A DNA stretch of 64,000 nucleotides, from assembly GCA_973895155.1 (NCBI GenBank), contig OZ316894.1:1690457-1754456 (forward strand), in the 5' to 3' direction. Origin of the DNA: Marsupella aquatica. Taxonomy: Eukaryota > Plantae > Marchantiophyta. The translations under genes were made by a program, and so were the position numbers. The notes beneath the pieces were generated by a model. The model saw only the letters and a program-made list of their open reading frames with translations. It was not told where the DNA came from and did not search any database. Positions 13,342 to 26,976 of the stretch are shown here, piece by piece (positions within the stretch are counted from its first letter, which is position 1; every line of letters starts with the position of its first letter).

Positions 13342-16300
13342 AAGACACAAGAAATACCTACTTGTTTAAACAGAGGGCTGGTCCTCAAGTTGAAAGTCGT
13401 TTCATCGATCTTGACCAGAGAGCTGAACTCTAGACTCTTTCTTACGATGAAGCATTTTGTGAAATGCACGGTACAACCTCATTAAGGTCTGGCTGGGATA
13501 AAGACAACCATCCTTCTTAGTAACCTGTTCAAAAAAATTGGTAAGATACTGCAGTACGTCGCCAAGTAGCAGGTCTTTGAAAGGAGTAGTGACTTCCCAA
13601 CCCTTGAACCTGCGGTACTTCTCAAGACGATCTCGGGCCCACTTATCAACAGCCGCAGAAGGATTCGTGCCACCAGCAGTGATCATCTTCTAGAATCCCT
13701 CATCCTCAACAAGAAACTCAAATGCAGTTTGTCACCTACTTATCAAATGATTAACACAACAAATACCGCTTGGTTTCCACTAAGAATCGTTTGTATCATA
13801 TGACGGGGACGTGGAGGCACGTTATATGGATTAATTTCCTACTAAGGATGAGTAGATTCAAATCCGCTCTCGAAAATGTATTTTTGATCAAGTATACCGA
13901 CTATACGTGTACTCCGCCTTTGATCAAGTCCCATGGACTATCTTGTTCCTACTTCTCCTGGCCTTTGGCAAAGTGCTGTCACCACTCCCCCACTCACAGG
14001 GTCAACCAAACCATGTAAATTTTTCTAAACATTCATGCTAGGGGAAGAACACAATCGTGCAACAAAGAGAGAGAACGCCACACAAGAATTTATGAGAATC
14101 CAACCGAATCTATATCTTTTGGTGTCAACGTAACATATTGCATGGGCAACCCGACCTCTTGCCGTCTGCCCAACTAGCTCCTGCCTCATGGGACAATGAG
14201 CGCCTCTCCACCTCACTACTTTGGATTAATTCTCTACTCTTGTTGAAGGCTAATCCTCAAAACAACAACACTAGACTGAGTTGCCCCTTGCTCCTACCAA
14301 GGGCTACTGGTTCAATACCAAAAAAACAATGCGCAAGCACACAAGCCCTAGGGGGTGTGACGGCGGCCACTACCCTGGCTGGCCGCCATCCACTGGCGGC
14401 GCCTCTAACCTATAAGTTTTCTACACATGCGGCACACCCATGCACTCATAACCCTATTGCTACTCATAGACAGCCAACGGTGCCTTTGTCGGCCACCACA
14501 TCAACTAAGCAAAAACTAGACTAAGTCCTATATAGGCCATGGTCTGCCTTGCTACTACGTGGCTACCTCTACCTCCCACTACCCTGGCCATGAGAATTGT
14601 TGAGAGCAAAAGTTTCTTGAAATCTGGTCCTGAGAAATTTTCTGAATAGCCATTGCCATCCTGATCGTAACCCCCAAAACGGCTCCCAAAATGAACATGA
14701 TCAGACGCCCGAGATATGGCTTACCGAGTCTTGGGTTCTACCCCGGCCATCATCACGTCCAGGTCATCTGTACGGTCCCGACCTCCCATCAGGAAATCAT
14801 AGGAGGTACCCTGGCCAAGGCCGCATGCCAAGATTTGGCCAGGGCACTCTCCTGAGTGATGTATGGACGTCCGTACGGTGCCGGACCCCAATTTTTTGGC
14901 CAAAACGCTCTGGTCCATATCTTCCTCATTTTAACTCTATTTGGGGCGTGTCTTACCTTGTTGGATTCAACTCGGTGAGCTCTTTCCAATAAGCCTATAA
15001 GTTCTTGATTCTGAGAAGATTGAAAATTTGACTTTTGTGTGGCCAAGGTCCGTACGGCTCATGTACTAACCTTCATCTAACAACTCGCTTGTAGTAAGAT
15101 CCTCATCTATAGATTGGCCATTGGAACCCTCACTGTCCTCTTGGCTGAGGTCTCCTTGGGCTTGCCCTCCGGTGGCTGGGGCTCTTTTGGGTCCTCCCCA
15201 AGTGCAAGTATACTCCTGGTCGGGGTCCCCAAATGGCCAAGGCTCTTTTGAATTTTCTTATTTTTTAATACTTTTGTGTCTAGCCCATTCCAAAGCTCCT
15301 TTTCCCTATCTCTTCCTGGCTAGGGTCAAAGTGGTGTTTGGCCACTCACACATTTCGACCCAACCCATCATTATCTTAATACTAGGGCCGCTTACAAATG
15401 GATACAAATAAAAAATTAGGCAAGTCCCCAAAAGGCGGCACTAGGCTACGTGCCTTGTCTTGCACCGGCCAACAGCCAATTAATCTTCTTTCTCTGAGGC
15501 TTGGCCAATAACTAAACTCAAGAGGACATAAAAAAGATAGCAACAACTCCCCACATCCATTTTGCATAAAATACCTTTGGCAAGGTTGTAAGAGAACAAA
15601 AGCAAAAAAACCATGACACAAATCTACCTATTTACATTCGTGTGTCACTAATACCCCTTAAAATCATTCTTTGGGGGCATTGGCCCTGTCACACAGTTTG
15701 ACCTTCAACCTAAACAACAACCTATGGACTGATAGGTGACTCTATATTGACACTATCAAGGCCTGCATTGAGCAAATCAAAATGCATTTGCATCTGGTTC
15801 TCATCGAGAGTGAGTATATCAAACATATATGCTAGACACTTGATCAATGTTGTTGGTAGTGGGGAGCCCAAGTGAACGGGAGTTATCTGGTTCTTGGCGA
15901 GAGCCGACATCCCAATGTTGAATGACGAGATTGCCAACGCCTTTGGTGGTGTTGTATTCATCATGTTGCGTTTGTGCCATTCTAGGCAATTAGGATATAG
16001 GCTGGAATATATCCTCAGTATGAATGTAGCTCAATGTAACCGCACGCATGAGCAATGGCATGCAATAGTCCTCAAAATCACTTACCTCCCACCGTGACTA
16101 AGATCTGTGAGCAGATAACCTCTTTCAAATGCCACGATCTGCAGAGATGAGCACAAAAAGTGATTCAGTTAGCACTCACAAAATGCAACTGGACCTTGTA
16201 ACATATGACACATTTGAGGAAGCAAAATGGCAACAACAGAAGTACTTACGTTTGTCAACAAAGATTGAATGTGTATAGCATGGACTGAAATTCAAAGGAA

Positions 16301-17042
16301 AAGCAACAGAAACTCACAAAGAAACTCGCAAACTATTGCATGAAAGGAAAAAAACAAGAGAAAGGAATGTGTTGTTGCAAAGCCTTCACCAAACACCAAG
16401 CGTCCTGGACAAAAAATGGTCGAGCACATCGACAAAAGTCGAAGAACAAAGCAAAGCGGCACAAAAAAACATGCAGAAAGCTGATCATTGAAATCCCGAC
16501 TGAAAGCTAAACAAACAATGGCTAAAAGCTGAACACGCAAAATGCACTATTGCAAAGCCTACATAAACAAACGACACCGCACGACTGATCGAAACACCAA
16601 ACACCAAGCGTCCTGGATGAAAATTGGTCAAGCACATTGACAAATGTCAAGGAACAAAGCAAAGCAACACAAACAAAACATGGCTGAGAGCTGAACGTTG
16701 AATGAACGACGGCTGAAAGCTGAATGCGCGGTCTGAGCGAGAACTGACAGATTGAGCGCAGATTGAGCACGGACTGAGAGAATTGGTCGACCAAATCCAC
16801 ACTGAACAACCAACAATGGCCAGATGAAGTCGGCCCTAATAAACCTAATCGGGTCTTCCAATTCAACGGTGCGATGTTGTCAACAGATGAATTTGCCATC
16901 CCCACCATCCAATCCTACATTGATCGGGATAGTCCGTTGCATGAATGACATCCCCTTCTTCTTAACGTATAGCTCAGGCTGCACCCCTAATCCCTTTATC
17001 GGATATTAAGTCTCCCATATATGGTCTCCCCGTATACGTGGG
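13342..17042 (-). mobile_element. Crypton-like tyrosine-recombinase element A (degenerate, 3' part removed, split by a solo LTR)
   Basis: The minus-strand translation VEGQT|AFEFLVEDEGF*KMITAGGTNPSAAVDKWARDRL..RRFKGW..FFEQVTKKDGCLYPSQTLM.LYRAFH..SPLFKQVGISCV is co-linear with element B. Upstream homology at 15.7-16.1 kb. Inverted arm at 16961-17037. Confidence 0.8.
13730..15693. mobile_element. Solo LTR (1964 bp)
   Basis: CAGTT (13725-13729) TGTCAC...CCTGTCACA CAGTT (15694-15698). Excision restores the recombinase frame VEGQTAFEFL. Confidence 0.85.
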
Positions 17043-20000
17043 TGTCAGATGCCGAATTAGGTAGTAGTGTTTGACTAGAGTTAAAACTAGAGTAACTACA
17101 GTTAGAAGTAACCGCAGTTAGAGGTAGAGTAAGGTTAAGCGGAGGAAGCGGATGCATAGTAAATGGTAGAAGGTCAAGACAACTTAGCATGGAGTGTCAA
17201 GCTGACTTAGGTGCAATTGAGTTAGGTTAACATTTATTAGGTTAGCATTAGTAGTTGTAGTACTTTGCACACAATTGAACGGACGGCCTACTTAGCGGAA
17301 TTTTAGAAAAGTCTTAGGATAGAATTAGATCTGGAAATTCAGCAAGTATGTAGTCTTAGGTTCAAGGAACACACCAGAAAATTTTCAAGTAAAATGGAGG
17401 TTGGGCACGATACTGGAGAATTATGAAATAGAGGTTTCACTATAAGTGCACTCAAACGGGATGTCGTCTAAAGTAAATTACAGGTTCTTAGTACAATATA
17501 AGCAGTGTTATAGGAGTTTGATGAGAAGGCCAGGAGTCATCATGGGAGTCCTTCTCATAGGGACACAAAGTCCAGGAACAATTTACGTTATGACCAAGAG
17601 AGGTGCAGCAGAATTTCAGCAGCAATTCAGCAATGGCAGCTCGGTGCATTGAAGAGAATTCAAATCCTACCATAAGGACAACCGGGTTGACTCTGAAAAA
17701 ATGGAGGAACATAGGATTGCCTGAAGGTAAGGCATGAGGAGATAAGGAATTGAATCTCGCTGGCAAGGGAAATCTCTATGGTGCTAGAAGGAGCTCTTGA
17801 GATAAGGAAATCTCATTACTTGGACAATCTTGTTGTGGCAATAGAGATTAGCCAACATTTCAATTTTGTGTTGCTGAGTTGAACCGCTGCTGCTATTGAG
17901 TTTGATGTTGGTTGAGAACAATTGTTGTTGCTGAGAGCTTGTTGCTGAGAGCTTGCAGTTGTTGGGAGTAGTGCTGCTGCATAAGGAGAGTTGTTATTCA
18001 ATTAGAGCTCCATTGCAGGGAGAGCTTTGTGCTATGGAAGATGTAGCAATGCTGATGGGAGGAATATTGCCGCACAGTTGGCTTCTATTCAATTAGAGTT
18101 TGCTGCTTAGAACTTGCTATTGATAGGCTATGGAGAAAGCTCACTACATTAGTTGTTGATTGATCCTTGAGATTGATGCTGCTACCCTGAAACTCGTGGC
18201 TGCCTGAAGTAGTTGCAGCAAAATCGAAAGCTTGAAAGTGGGGAGCTGGCTAGTGACCGGGTAGAGCAACTTCGTGCTACTGAGCTATGGAGATTGAAGG
18301 TAGCTCACGAGGCTGGGAAGCTATGGTGAGAGCTGCATGCTGCTGAATTAGTTTGTGGACCCCCTAGCTACATTTTTTAGGCCTTGTTTGAGCTTGCATT
18401 TTGAGAGGCTAATATGGTCCATAATGCTATGCTAGCACACATTAAAGAACTTAAGGTCTATGAGATATTTCACTAATTTTAGAACATTAATTAATAAACC
18501 CAAGGCACAATTTTGTTTATGTTAGTTGATTTGGGCATTGGATGACACTATATCTGACCACTAAATTGCCATAGGCACTCAATTTGAGTTGAGAATCTTG
18601 ACTACTTTCTCCACATCAATTGAGAAATCTGCTTTTCTAAGCAAGGAACCCTAAGCTTTCTAGTAGTTGAGTCCTCTTTGTAGAATATTTGTCACCTGAT
18701 TTATCTATGTACTTTCAAATTATTGGAAATTCTGGAGATTTCACTGAAATCTAAATTTGGCAAGTTTTGAATTAGAGGTTAATAGCCTCATGACCTTGGC
18801 GCAACTATTCACCAAATGGAGAAGGGTAGCGCTTAAGCTTTCAAATGAGAGAAGTCTGATTAAGAAGAGAAGTTGGTAGTCATGTTGTGTTGGACAAATA
18901 GGTTAGATTTTATAGCTTGTATTGTTTAGATTAAATTAGATTTTCTCACGAAATCAATTGTGGACCCATTCAACCATGCCTGAGTAGTTGACATTTTTTC
19001 AACTGCCACATGAATATTTTGCTTTGCAGCCTGCCAAAGTTGACAGCATGGTTATCACAAGTAGTTGTCAAAATCAGGCTTTTTCGCTACATGCAACCAA
19101 ATTCTCAAGCTACAAGAGTCAATAGTCAATCCGTGGCAAGTCCGTTTGAAACCAGATCAATGTGTGACCAAATGAATTGAATCAATTCATTGAGTTCAAG
19201 TTCCGACCATAGTTGGCAGTTTGCTTGAATTGCAAAAGGTTGAAAATCTTGTTCCATGTGCCAATTACCCTTTAACAAGGAAGTTATCAAGTTAGTTATT
19301 AGTCATTGTTTATTATTTGAAAAATATTTTTTAAATCTTTGAATCCCGCTTTGAATTTAATTTTTAAAATTGGATACGTAACTAAAACGGTTACATAGTG
19401 ACAATTTTACCGGTCTTGCTCTTTGCATTTCTAAATTTTTACATTTCTTTTTACGGCATGGCGTCCCAAAATTTACACCCAAATTGACGCAAACACAAAT
19501 GAAAACTGTAAGTTGATTCATAAACCTGATGAGTCTTGTTTGTTGCGGTTGTTGTTGACATGGCACGCTCTGGTGCCAGGAATTTTGGAAGGGACCTCTC
19601 ATGGGGTCCGTAAAGACTGAGCTATGGAGGAAGGTCGCTGTTGAAGAAGAAAAAAAAAGGAGAGCAAAGAAGAAATGGGGAAGCAGCATCGCGATGCTTC
19701 GCGCTACGGCAAGTTGCTTTGTGCTGCCTCGCGCAACATAGTGTAGCATAGCGCAACAACTTGGTGTTACAAAATGTTGATGGCGAGGGAGGAGTTGGCG
19801 ACCGGTTTTGAACTCGCGACCTGTGCCTTGCTAAGGAGTTTGAATGGGCTACCAAGGGAGCTGTCCAAGCTCTTTGTTTAAAGAGTCCACACCAACTCTA
19901 ATTGAACTTGGTACAACATCTGTTTCTAGGCCTTTGGGAGGACTTTGAGGCCAGTTCAAAGTCGGGTGAGGGACCAAGGAGACTAGGGGAGAACCCCACG

Positions 20001-21460
20001 AGGTAGACCCAACTCCCGTGATGACTCAGCAGTGGTTTTGAATTTGAATGGACTATGAGAAGTTTTTTTATGTGCCCTTAAAGTGGCCGCTGAGTTAAGT
20101 AACTGTGGGGCTATTATGAAGCCCAACACTCAGGGGATACAAATAAAATAACTAGCCAAGATTTCAGTGTTGCTGGTTAGATAGTTAGGCGTTAGTATTG
20201 CGGTATACCAGCAGCTTGAGATACTTATGTTTCGCTGGTTATCACCCATTCACGTGGAAGTACTCTCTGGGTAAGGTCTCCAAATTGAACAAGGGCCGAT
20301 CTGTATTCATGTGGTAGCCAAGACTCAGTGGCATAACCCGAGACTTAGTGGTAACCCGGAACTCAGGGGCGTTCCGACATTCAGTTGTGGGCCGAGCTAG
20401 AGCTTTCTTTCGTGAGTATGTTGTTTTAAATATAGTGTATAAATTCTGGTGGTTGTAAGAGTTACCAAGGGGTACCCTGGCTACTCACATCACAAGGAGG
20501 TTCTGCTGCTGCCGTTTCTTGTGTGACAACCAGAGTCGGAGTTATAGTAGTTGAGTAACCTGCGATTAAAGTAGAAACTTAACCCGGGTTAGGTAGCAAT
20601 CATCTAGTTACACTTGGATTAACTTTTTCCAGTGACTACTAACCCGAGTTAGCACCCTAGGCCTAGTTTGGTTTGGGTTGGCTTTGGCTTGGAGCCCTGG
20701 GGTGCTGTGTGAGAGAATAAGAAGAGAAGCAGGGGGCTGCCTCCTCACTTGTTCATTCCTACCCTCTCTTGTAAGGCTAAAAGCTTGGAGGCTGAGGTTC
20801 TCATTTTCAGAGGGCAGCAACATTGGTTTGAGGTACTTGGGAGGGTGGATAGTGAGCTAGTCCACTAGGTAGGTGGCAAGGAGAGAGTCAAGGAAGGTGT
20901 TGGGATCTAAACTTGTAATGTGCCTTTTAGTAAAGACTCATGTTGAAGCCTCAGTCTTGAAGCACTGTCTAGTGAGTATGTGAATCTAGTGAGTGTGTAT
21001 GCCGAAGTTGACTATTATGATTTGACACCAAAGGGGTGAAGCTTGAAGCCTGGGAGTGAGCTTAGACTCGATCACTTGCCTTGTTGCAATAGGAGGTGAT
21101 GAACCTAAAGCTCTCGGTGAAGGAAGCGGAGGGAACTCTGGGTATACTGACCATAGCAAGAGTCTGTGGGGACAGCTTGTGGGGTTGCTTGCCCTGTTGA
21201 GATCAAGAGCGAGGTTGTGTGAGTGCTTCCTAGTAGGGAAGCAAGGGAGTGATAACCACCCTTCAAGGTTATCTTTCCAAGGGTGGAAATAAAACTACCT
21301 AGTTGGGTGTATGAGTGGAGAAGAAGGGAGTTAGTCTAAAAGAAATAGACTTGCTGTCCTACTATTCGCCCATCCTAGGAACCCGGACAACAATAAGAAG
21401 GGGCATAAGTGGTGAATTTAACTCTAAGGGAGAGTTAAGCCCCATTGCAAGGTGTTGACA
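17043..21460. mobile_element. Large solo-LTR-like insertion (4418 bp), non-coding
   Basis: TGTCAG...TGTTGACA termini with a near-perfect TSD, GTGGG (17038-17042) / ATGGG (21461-21465). Excision restores a ~150-bp palindrome. Confidence 0.75.
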
Positions 21461-21721
21461 ATGGGTTGACCATATACGGTTGCCTATAATATCCCATAAA
21501 GGGATAGTAGTGGACCTTAACAATATACGTTAAGGGTCGTGGGGTGTCTTTAATGCCTCTCGGTTTACCAGAGCTTGCCACTAGAAAACTTTATATCTCA
21601 TTATTTGTGGTTGTATTTGGGGTGTATTTATACACACAACATTTATGGATACAGAGTTTTCAAAAACACAAATACTTAAATAAGGAGAAATCCCATAGTA
21701 GGGGATAAGAATTTATTCATA

Positions 21722-24292
21722 CTAGCTCAATACTCGTGCGTTGCACAAAAGAAGTTGTGTCGGCCAAGATGTCATTGAGAAAAAATGATGCGTGTCAGCC
21801 AAGAGGTCGTGGAGAGAGAAGATGTTGTGTCGGCCAAGAGGTCGTGGAGAGAAAAGATGTTGTGTCATCCAAGAGGTCGTGGAGAGAAAAGATGTTGTGT
21901 TAGCCAAGATGTCGTTGAGAAAAAGGATGTCATGTCGGCCAAGAGGTCGTTGAGAGAAAAGATGTTGTCTCGCCCAAAAGGTCATTGAGAGTAACTTAGA
22001 TGTTGTGTTGCCCAAGAGGCCGCTAAGAGAAAAGAAGTTGTGTTGGCCAAGATGTCGTTGAGAAAAAAAGATGTCCTGTTGGCCAAGAGGTTGTTGAAAG
22101 AAAAGATGTCATGTCGGCAAAGACATTATTAAGGGAAAAGATGTCATGTCGGCCAAGACATTGTTCAGGGAAAATACCCGTGCGTTGCACAAAAGATGTT
22201 AAGAAAAAAGATGTCGTGTCGCCCAAGATGTTGTTATGTGAAAGATGTCACAAATTAAAAAGATGTCGTTAAGAAAAAAGAAGTCATTTTTGCCAAAGAT
22301 GCCATTATGTGAAAGATGTTGAATGTTAGGAAAAAGGTGTCATTTTGCCAATGATATTGTGAAGTAAAAGTTGTTATTAAGAAAAATGGTGTCATTTCAC
22401 CCAAGCTATCATTATGTGAAAAATGTTATGAAGTAAAAAGTCAAGGAAAGAAGGAGCGAGTCTTTTTCTTTGTTTTATTTTTTTACCCAAAATGCCCCTT
22501 CATTTGAATGGCGACCACTCTATAAATTGGCGCAACGTTATATTATCAATTTCAGGTTTAGTGTTTTAGGGTTTAGGGTTTAGCAAAGATGATCATTCTA
22601 TCGGTATCCTTTCAATCCCCATGCATTGCATAAAAGATGTTGTTGAGAAATAGATAGTCGTGCAAAAGATATCGTTGAATAATTTTTTTTTGAAAATATA
22701 TTATTGCACAAAAAGTTTTGTTGAGTGAAAGATATCATTGTGCAAAATACTGGCTACATCAGCCACACAAGTTCCATTTTCTTTTTTCTCCTTGCACACA
22801 AAATTCTTGAATAAAAGATGTCATTACACAAAAGACTGGCTATGACAATCACAAAAGTATAACAAAATGAGAGGTGTTTTTTTCTTCTTTTTCTTTTAAA
22901 ACATTTTTCTCTTATATTCCTTTTAAACATAACAGTTTTTTATTGATCTAGTGACTAAAATATTATTAACAATTAAGCTCCTCTTACCACTATTATACAA
23001 AATTATGCATTTTTGAAACTGCTATATGGTGAATTCACCTTTCAGATTTTGTCTTATTCAAAGTTTTGGTGTCATATATTTTTATTTCAATGTGCCTTAT
23101 CAAGGGGTAGCCTGTGTATCATATACACTTTTCATTATTTCAATGTGCCTTATCAAGGGGCAGCCTGTGCATCATATACATTTTTAATTATTTTATGGAC
23201 CCCTTTAATTTTTAATTTTTAGAATTCTAAAGTATTTTGAACTTATTTTGGCAGCCCCTTTATAAATTTTAATGTTTGTGATTTATTAGAGATGAAATGA
23301 ATGGCTCCACCACTTGAACATTCTCATGAATGATAGAAATGATTTTGATTGTGTCTTAAAGTTGTTCTCATGTCTTTCTTTCCTAAGTTTATGGTTTTTA
23401 TTGTAATGAGTGTTATTCATGAGGACATTGAATTAAGTGTACACATCATAGCATCCTTGATTGTACTTTTCATTGTGCACCAATCCTTCTAGTTATGTTC
23501 TCATATTTTATTTACTTTTAAATCAGTACAAGACAAAAACTCAAGCATGTTCCACGATGAACATGCTATACTATATGCACACAATATTGAACATGTACAA
23601 TACTTACTTGTATATGAATATATACAATATTTAGTTCCAGGGATCATGGAGTGAGTATCCTCCTTGATCCTAGTGCATTCATTTTTTGTTGGTGTCTAGT
23701 GTGATTATTGGCTTGTCTTGGACAATGGTCTAACTTTTTGTGAGTCACACTAAACTCAATTCACACTTTGTCATTATTATTTACCTTTTGATCAGATTTT
23801 TAAAAAACATTTCAGGTTGCAAATTTGAATGAAAATCTTACTAATAAAGCCCGAACTTCAGCCTACTTTTCACAAGCTAGGGTCTAGAGTGAAGCCTCTA
23901 GACCATAACTCTCTGGTCATCATGTGCATGGTCATCATATACATGGGAAAAACTTATGACATGACTATGATGTATATACATGTCAATTTTATGTGATAAT
24001 TTTTAAATATTTACATTAAAAAAAATATAGGTAGTATGGCCCCACCACAACATATGTGCATTGAACATGGATGTGCAAACAAAAAACCTGCGCACATCAA
24101 GGAGAATGATATATTATATATGACTATTAAAATGATGGGGTTTTTTTATCATTTCATTAATCTTCAAAGAATATGAATTAAAAATAGATTTTGATAATTC
24201 TTTATTGTCCTCTCTGCTATTCACGTTCAAAGAACGGGTAATCGGGGCTAGTCGCTCTAAAAAGTGACGCACCTATATATTATAGTTTAGGA
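21722..24292 (-). mobile_element. Non-autonomous Helitron (2571 bp)
   Basis: The minus strand starts TCCTAAACTATAATATATAGG and ends GTGCAACGCAC hairpin + GAGTATTGAG + CTAG. It sits between A and T with no TSD and has no RepHel ORF. Confidence 0.85.
21750..22440. repeat. Degenerate ~30-bp minisatellite (GGCCAAGAGGTCGTGGAGAGAAAAGATGTTGTGTC-like) inside the Helitron 3' region
   Basis: About 20 progressively decaying units. Includes a second copy of the Helitron hairpin at ~22177-22190. Confidence 0.8.
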
Positions 24293-24370
24293 TGTAATGC
24301 AAAATTTTCGCGGGTCCACCATATAGGGTCGCCTAGAATATCCCATAAAGGGATAGTAGCGGACCTTAAT

Positions 24371-25026
24371 AGGGCGTCTCAAATATGAGGCGTCTTGGAC
24401 TTTTCGCCGGACCGGGGGACAGCGGTCAGGGACAAGAGCCAAAAGGTGGTCGGTCGCCCATTTTTGTGACCGCTATTTTGTGTCCGGACGAGTTGCCGTG
24501 ACCGTGAACTTCCAGCCAAGGTAGCCAGTGACTGCCCGTCTGCCAAACATTTTGAGAGGCGACCATGTCTATCTCTGTGTCTAGTTGCGAGTCAATCACA
24601 AAATCTGTCACCTGCGAATTGAGTGTTCCTGGAATTGAAGTTTGAGAATCAGGCAAAAATGAATTGGCCATGGTGCAATCCACTTGCTGGAGTTGTACCG
24701 GCAGAAACACTCGAGATGGTAGTGGGATCGCAGATCATCACAGAGTGGAATGCGGAGCATGCAAAATGTCTTGGTCAGGCATAGTGCAACGCATCAAGGT
24801 TTGCGGAGTGGTTAAAAAGGCTGAAATATTTTTCTGCGGGCAACCCTCTAACCCACTGTTAAACTAGGCTTTAACCCAAGGTAGAGTGGCCCGTGGACCC
24901 TCTCAAAACAACGCACCCCTGCACGGATGTGTTCCGAGAATAGGGACCCGGACAGCCTTTCGGACCTCCTTTTTTACGGGCAGAAGTCCGGACACGACGT
25001 TGGGGATAGCATATTTGAGACACCCT
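24371..25026. mobile_element. MITE (656 bp) with 17-bp TIRs and AAT TSD
   Basis: AAT AGGGCGTCTCAAATATG ... CATATTTGAGACACCCT AAT. The homologous empty site is visible at 21512-21535. Confidence 0.85.
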
Positions 25027-25449
25027 AATAGTATACGTTAAGGTCATTGGGTGGGTGTAATGTTTTTTGGGGCTTTAGGCTGCTGCCACGTTAGCACTTT
25101 TTGGGTGGATGATATCTCATTATTTTATACCGTATATTTATACGGTTCACATACGGCCAACATAACTTTTTTTGAAAATGAAAACTCCCGCGGTGGAGAG
25201 ACTTGAAACTTTATTGATAACAGGAAATAATTACATCAATAAGGGTCATATGACCAATTCAAGACAGTATAAAGCCTATGTATATACATGATTGATTGAG
25301 GGTTGTCTGACAAAACCCGTGTTCAGGCTATAATATCTATGTCTAATATGCCTCGTAAGTACTGAGCACAATGCCATGCGGGCCAACTACAATGAGTTCT
25401 ACACTCACGGTATAAGCCTATGTCTACAAGCTAGTAACTACCACTGACA

Positions 25450-26976
25450 TTAGTTCCCTAACTTCCCGATAGAAATCAAAATAGTGCAATTGTTGATGGA
25501 CTGCACTTTAGTGAAGAGTGCCTGCACTGGATTAACAACAACAGAGCTTGGCCGCAAGTTCTCAAAATGCTCATCCCAGTTGTAGTCGTCAACCCATCCG
25601 TCATCCCTCCAGTCGACCTCACCATCTGCATTCACACCACAAGATAATTCACTCTCAGTTAAGGGAGCCAATTCAATCACCATAGGAACCATCTCATTTA
25701 GAGGAGTCGTCATCTCAGTTGTGGCAGGGGTCTGAATCTCTGCTGGACCCATTGTTGGAGCAATGTCTGCACCAGGTCACAAAATTACACTAATTAGTGA
25801 CTGCAGATATTTAGCAGACAATATCAAAAGGCTGCGGATCGATCGACATTACAAAGATTCCACAAGATTACCTTCACCTCCCTTCTTGCGTTTGTGAGGC
25901 GAGACATCGTCATCATCTCCATTGACCACCTTCTGCTTGAAGCGTTCTGTCTCCTCATGAAAATTTGCTTCAAAACTGGATGAGCCATTGGCACATTTCT
26001 GGGTTGCTATAACCTTCGACTCTGTGCTGCGATCGTATCGGGCGTAGGCACCTTGGCTCTTATGGCCTATGATAATCATCCCAACTTCTGCAGGAACGCC
26101 TTCAGTCGCTATGCGAGTCACACAAGTGGTCCTGCCAGATTTGTTAGTGACACCATTTGTAACCAAACCACACTCCCGATGAATCTCCTTGAGAATACCA
26201 CTCAACTTCTTCACAGACACGCGCTGAGTCGAGTACCATGCATGAGTCCGAGGGCTATCTATGCATTGGTAAAATAGAAATATGCCTGCAACAGGCAAAT
26301 GAGAAATCAAACTCTCGACCGTCTCAACCATGGAACTATCGTAGCTGGTTACAACAGGCCAAAAATGCTCATCCTGATACCGACCGAGACCAACTTTGTA
26401 GTTCTTTGATAGACGCTCATCATATCTTACGAACCATCCAGTCTCATTGCATCCAATTTCGAAGTCTGTCTTCGCCAACCGATGCAACTCATCACCTCCA
26501 CGAATGGCAAATTGAAACAGAAGGAAATACATTGCACGACGCTGTAGGCCACGAGGGTAAATAGTGGCTGTGCAAGGGTGAGATAATATAGTGGCCTCAT
26601 CAGCCAATGAGATGATAGATGCCTTTTTACGAGGAAAATTAGCACCATTAGATCTTGACCGCTCCATCGCTAACACGCAAGCAATGCCAACTTGCTTAAA
26701 CAGAGGACTCTCGCACATATGAAATATGGGCTCGTCCATCCCTGTTTGTACAATTCGAACTTCCTGTCGGCGCCTCAATACTCGATGAAACGCACGGTAC
26801 AGTCCCATTAACGTCTGGGTCGGATATAAGCTGTCGTCCTTCTTACAAATTTGCTCAAAAAACTTGATTAGGATTGATGCACATTCAGCCAAAGAGAGAT
26901 CCTCGAATGGAACACTCGCATCCCACCCTTTAAACTCTCGAAATTGAGTCAATCGATTGATTGCCCATCGATCCAC
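25450..26976 (-). CDS. Tyrosine recombinase (Crypton/DUF3504-like), with one intron; N-terminal extension to ~27340 carries an in-frame stop at 27022-27024
   Basis: Catalytic layout FAIRGGDEL (R), LSKN (K), TNKSGRTT (HxxR position, H->K), IIGHKS (H), YARYDR (Y). Upstream motif KKDDSLYP..TL. A phase-1 GT-AG intron at 25871-25767 joins the 25766-25450 exon in frame. Confidence 0.8.

Noticed and set aside
22555-22585. TTTAGGG telomere-like motif
   Set aside because: Only 2-3 units, inside a Helitron; not a telomeric array.
25849-26976. Phage integrase, prophage or bacterial contamination
   Set aside because: The gene has a phase-compatible spliceosomal intron, lies among plant TEs and has no phage neighbours.
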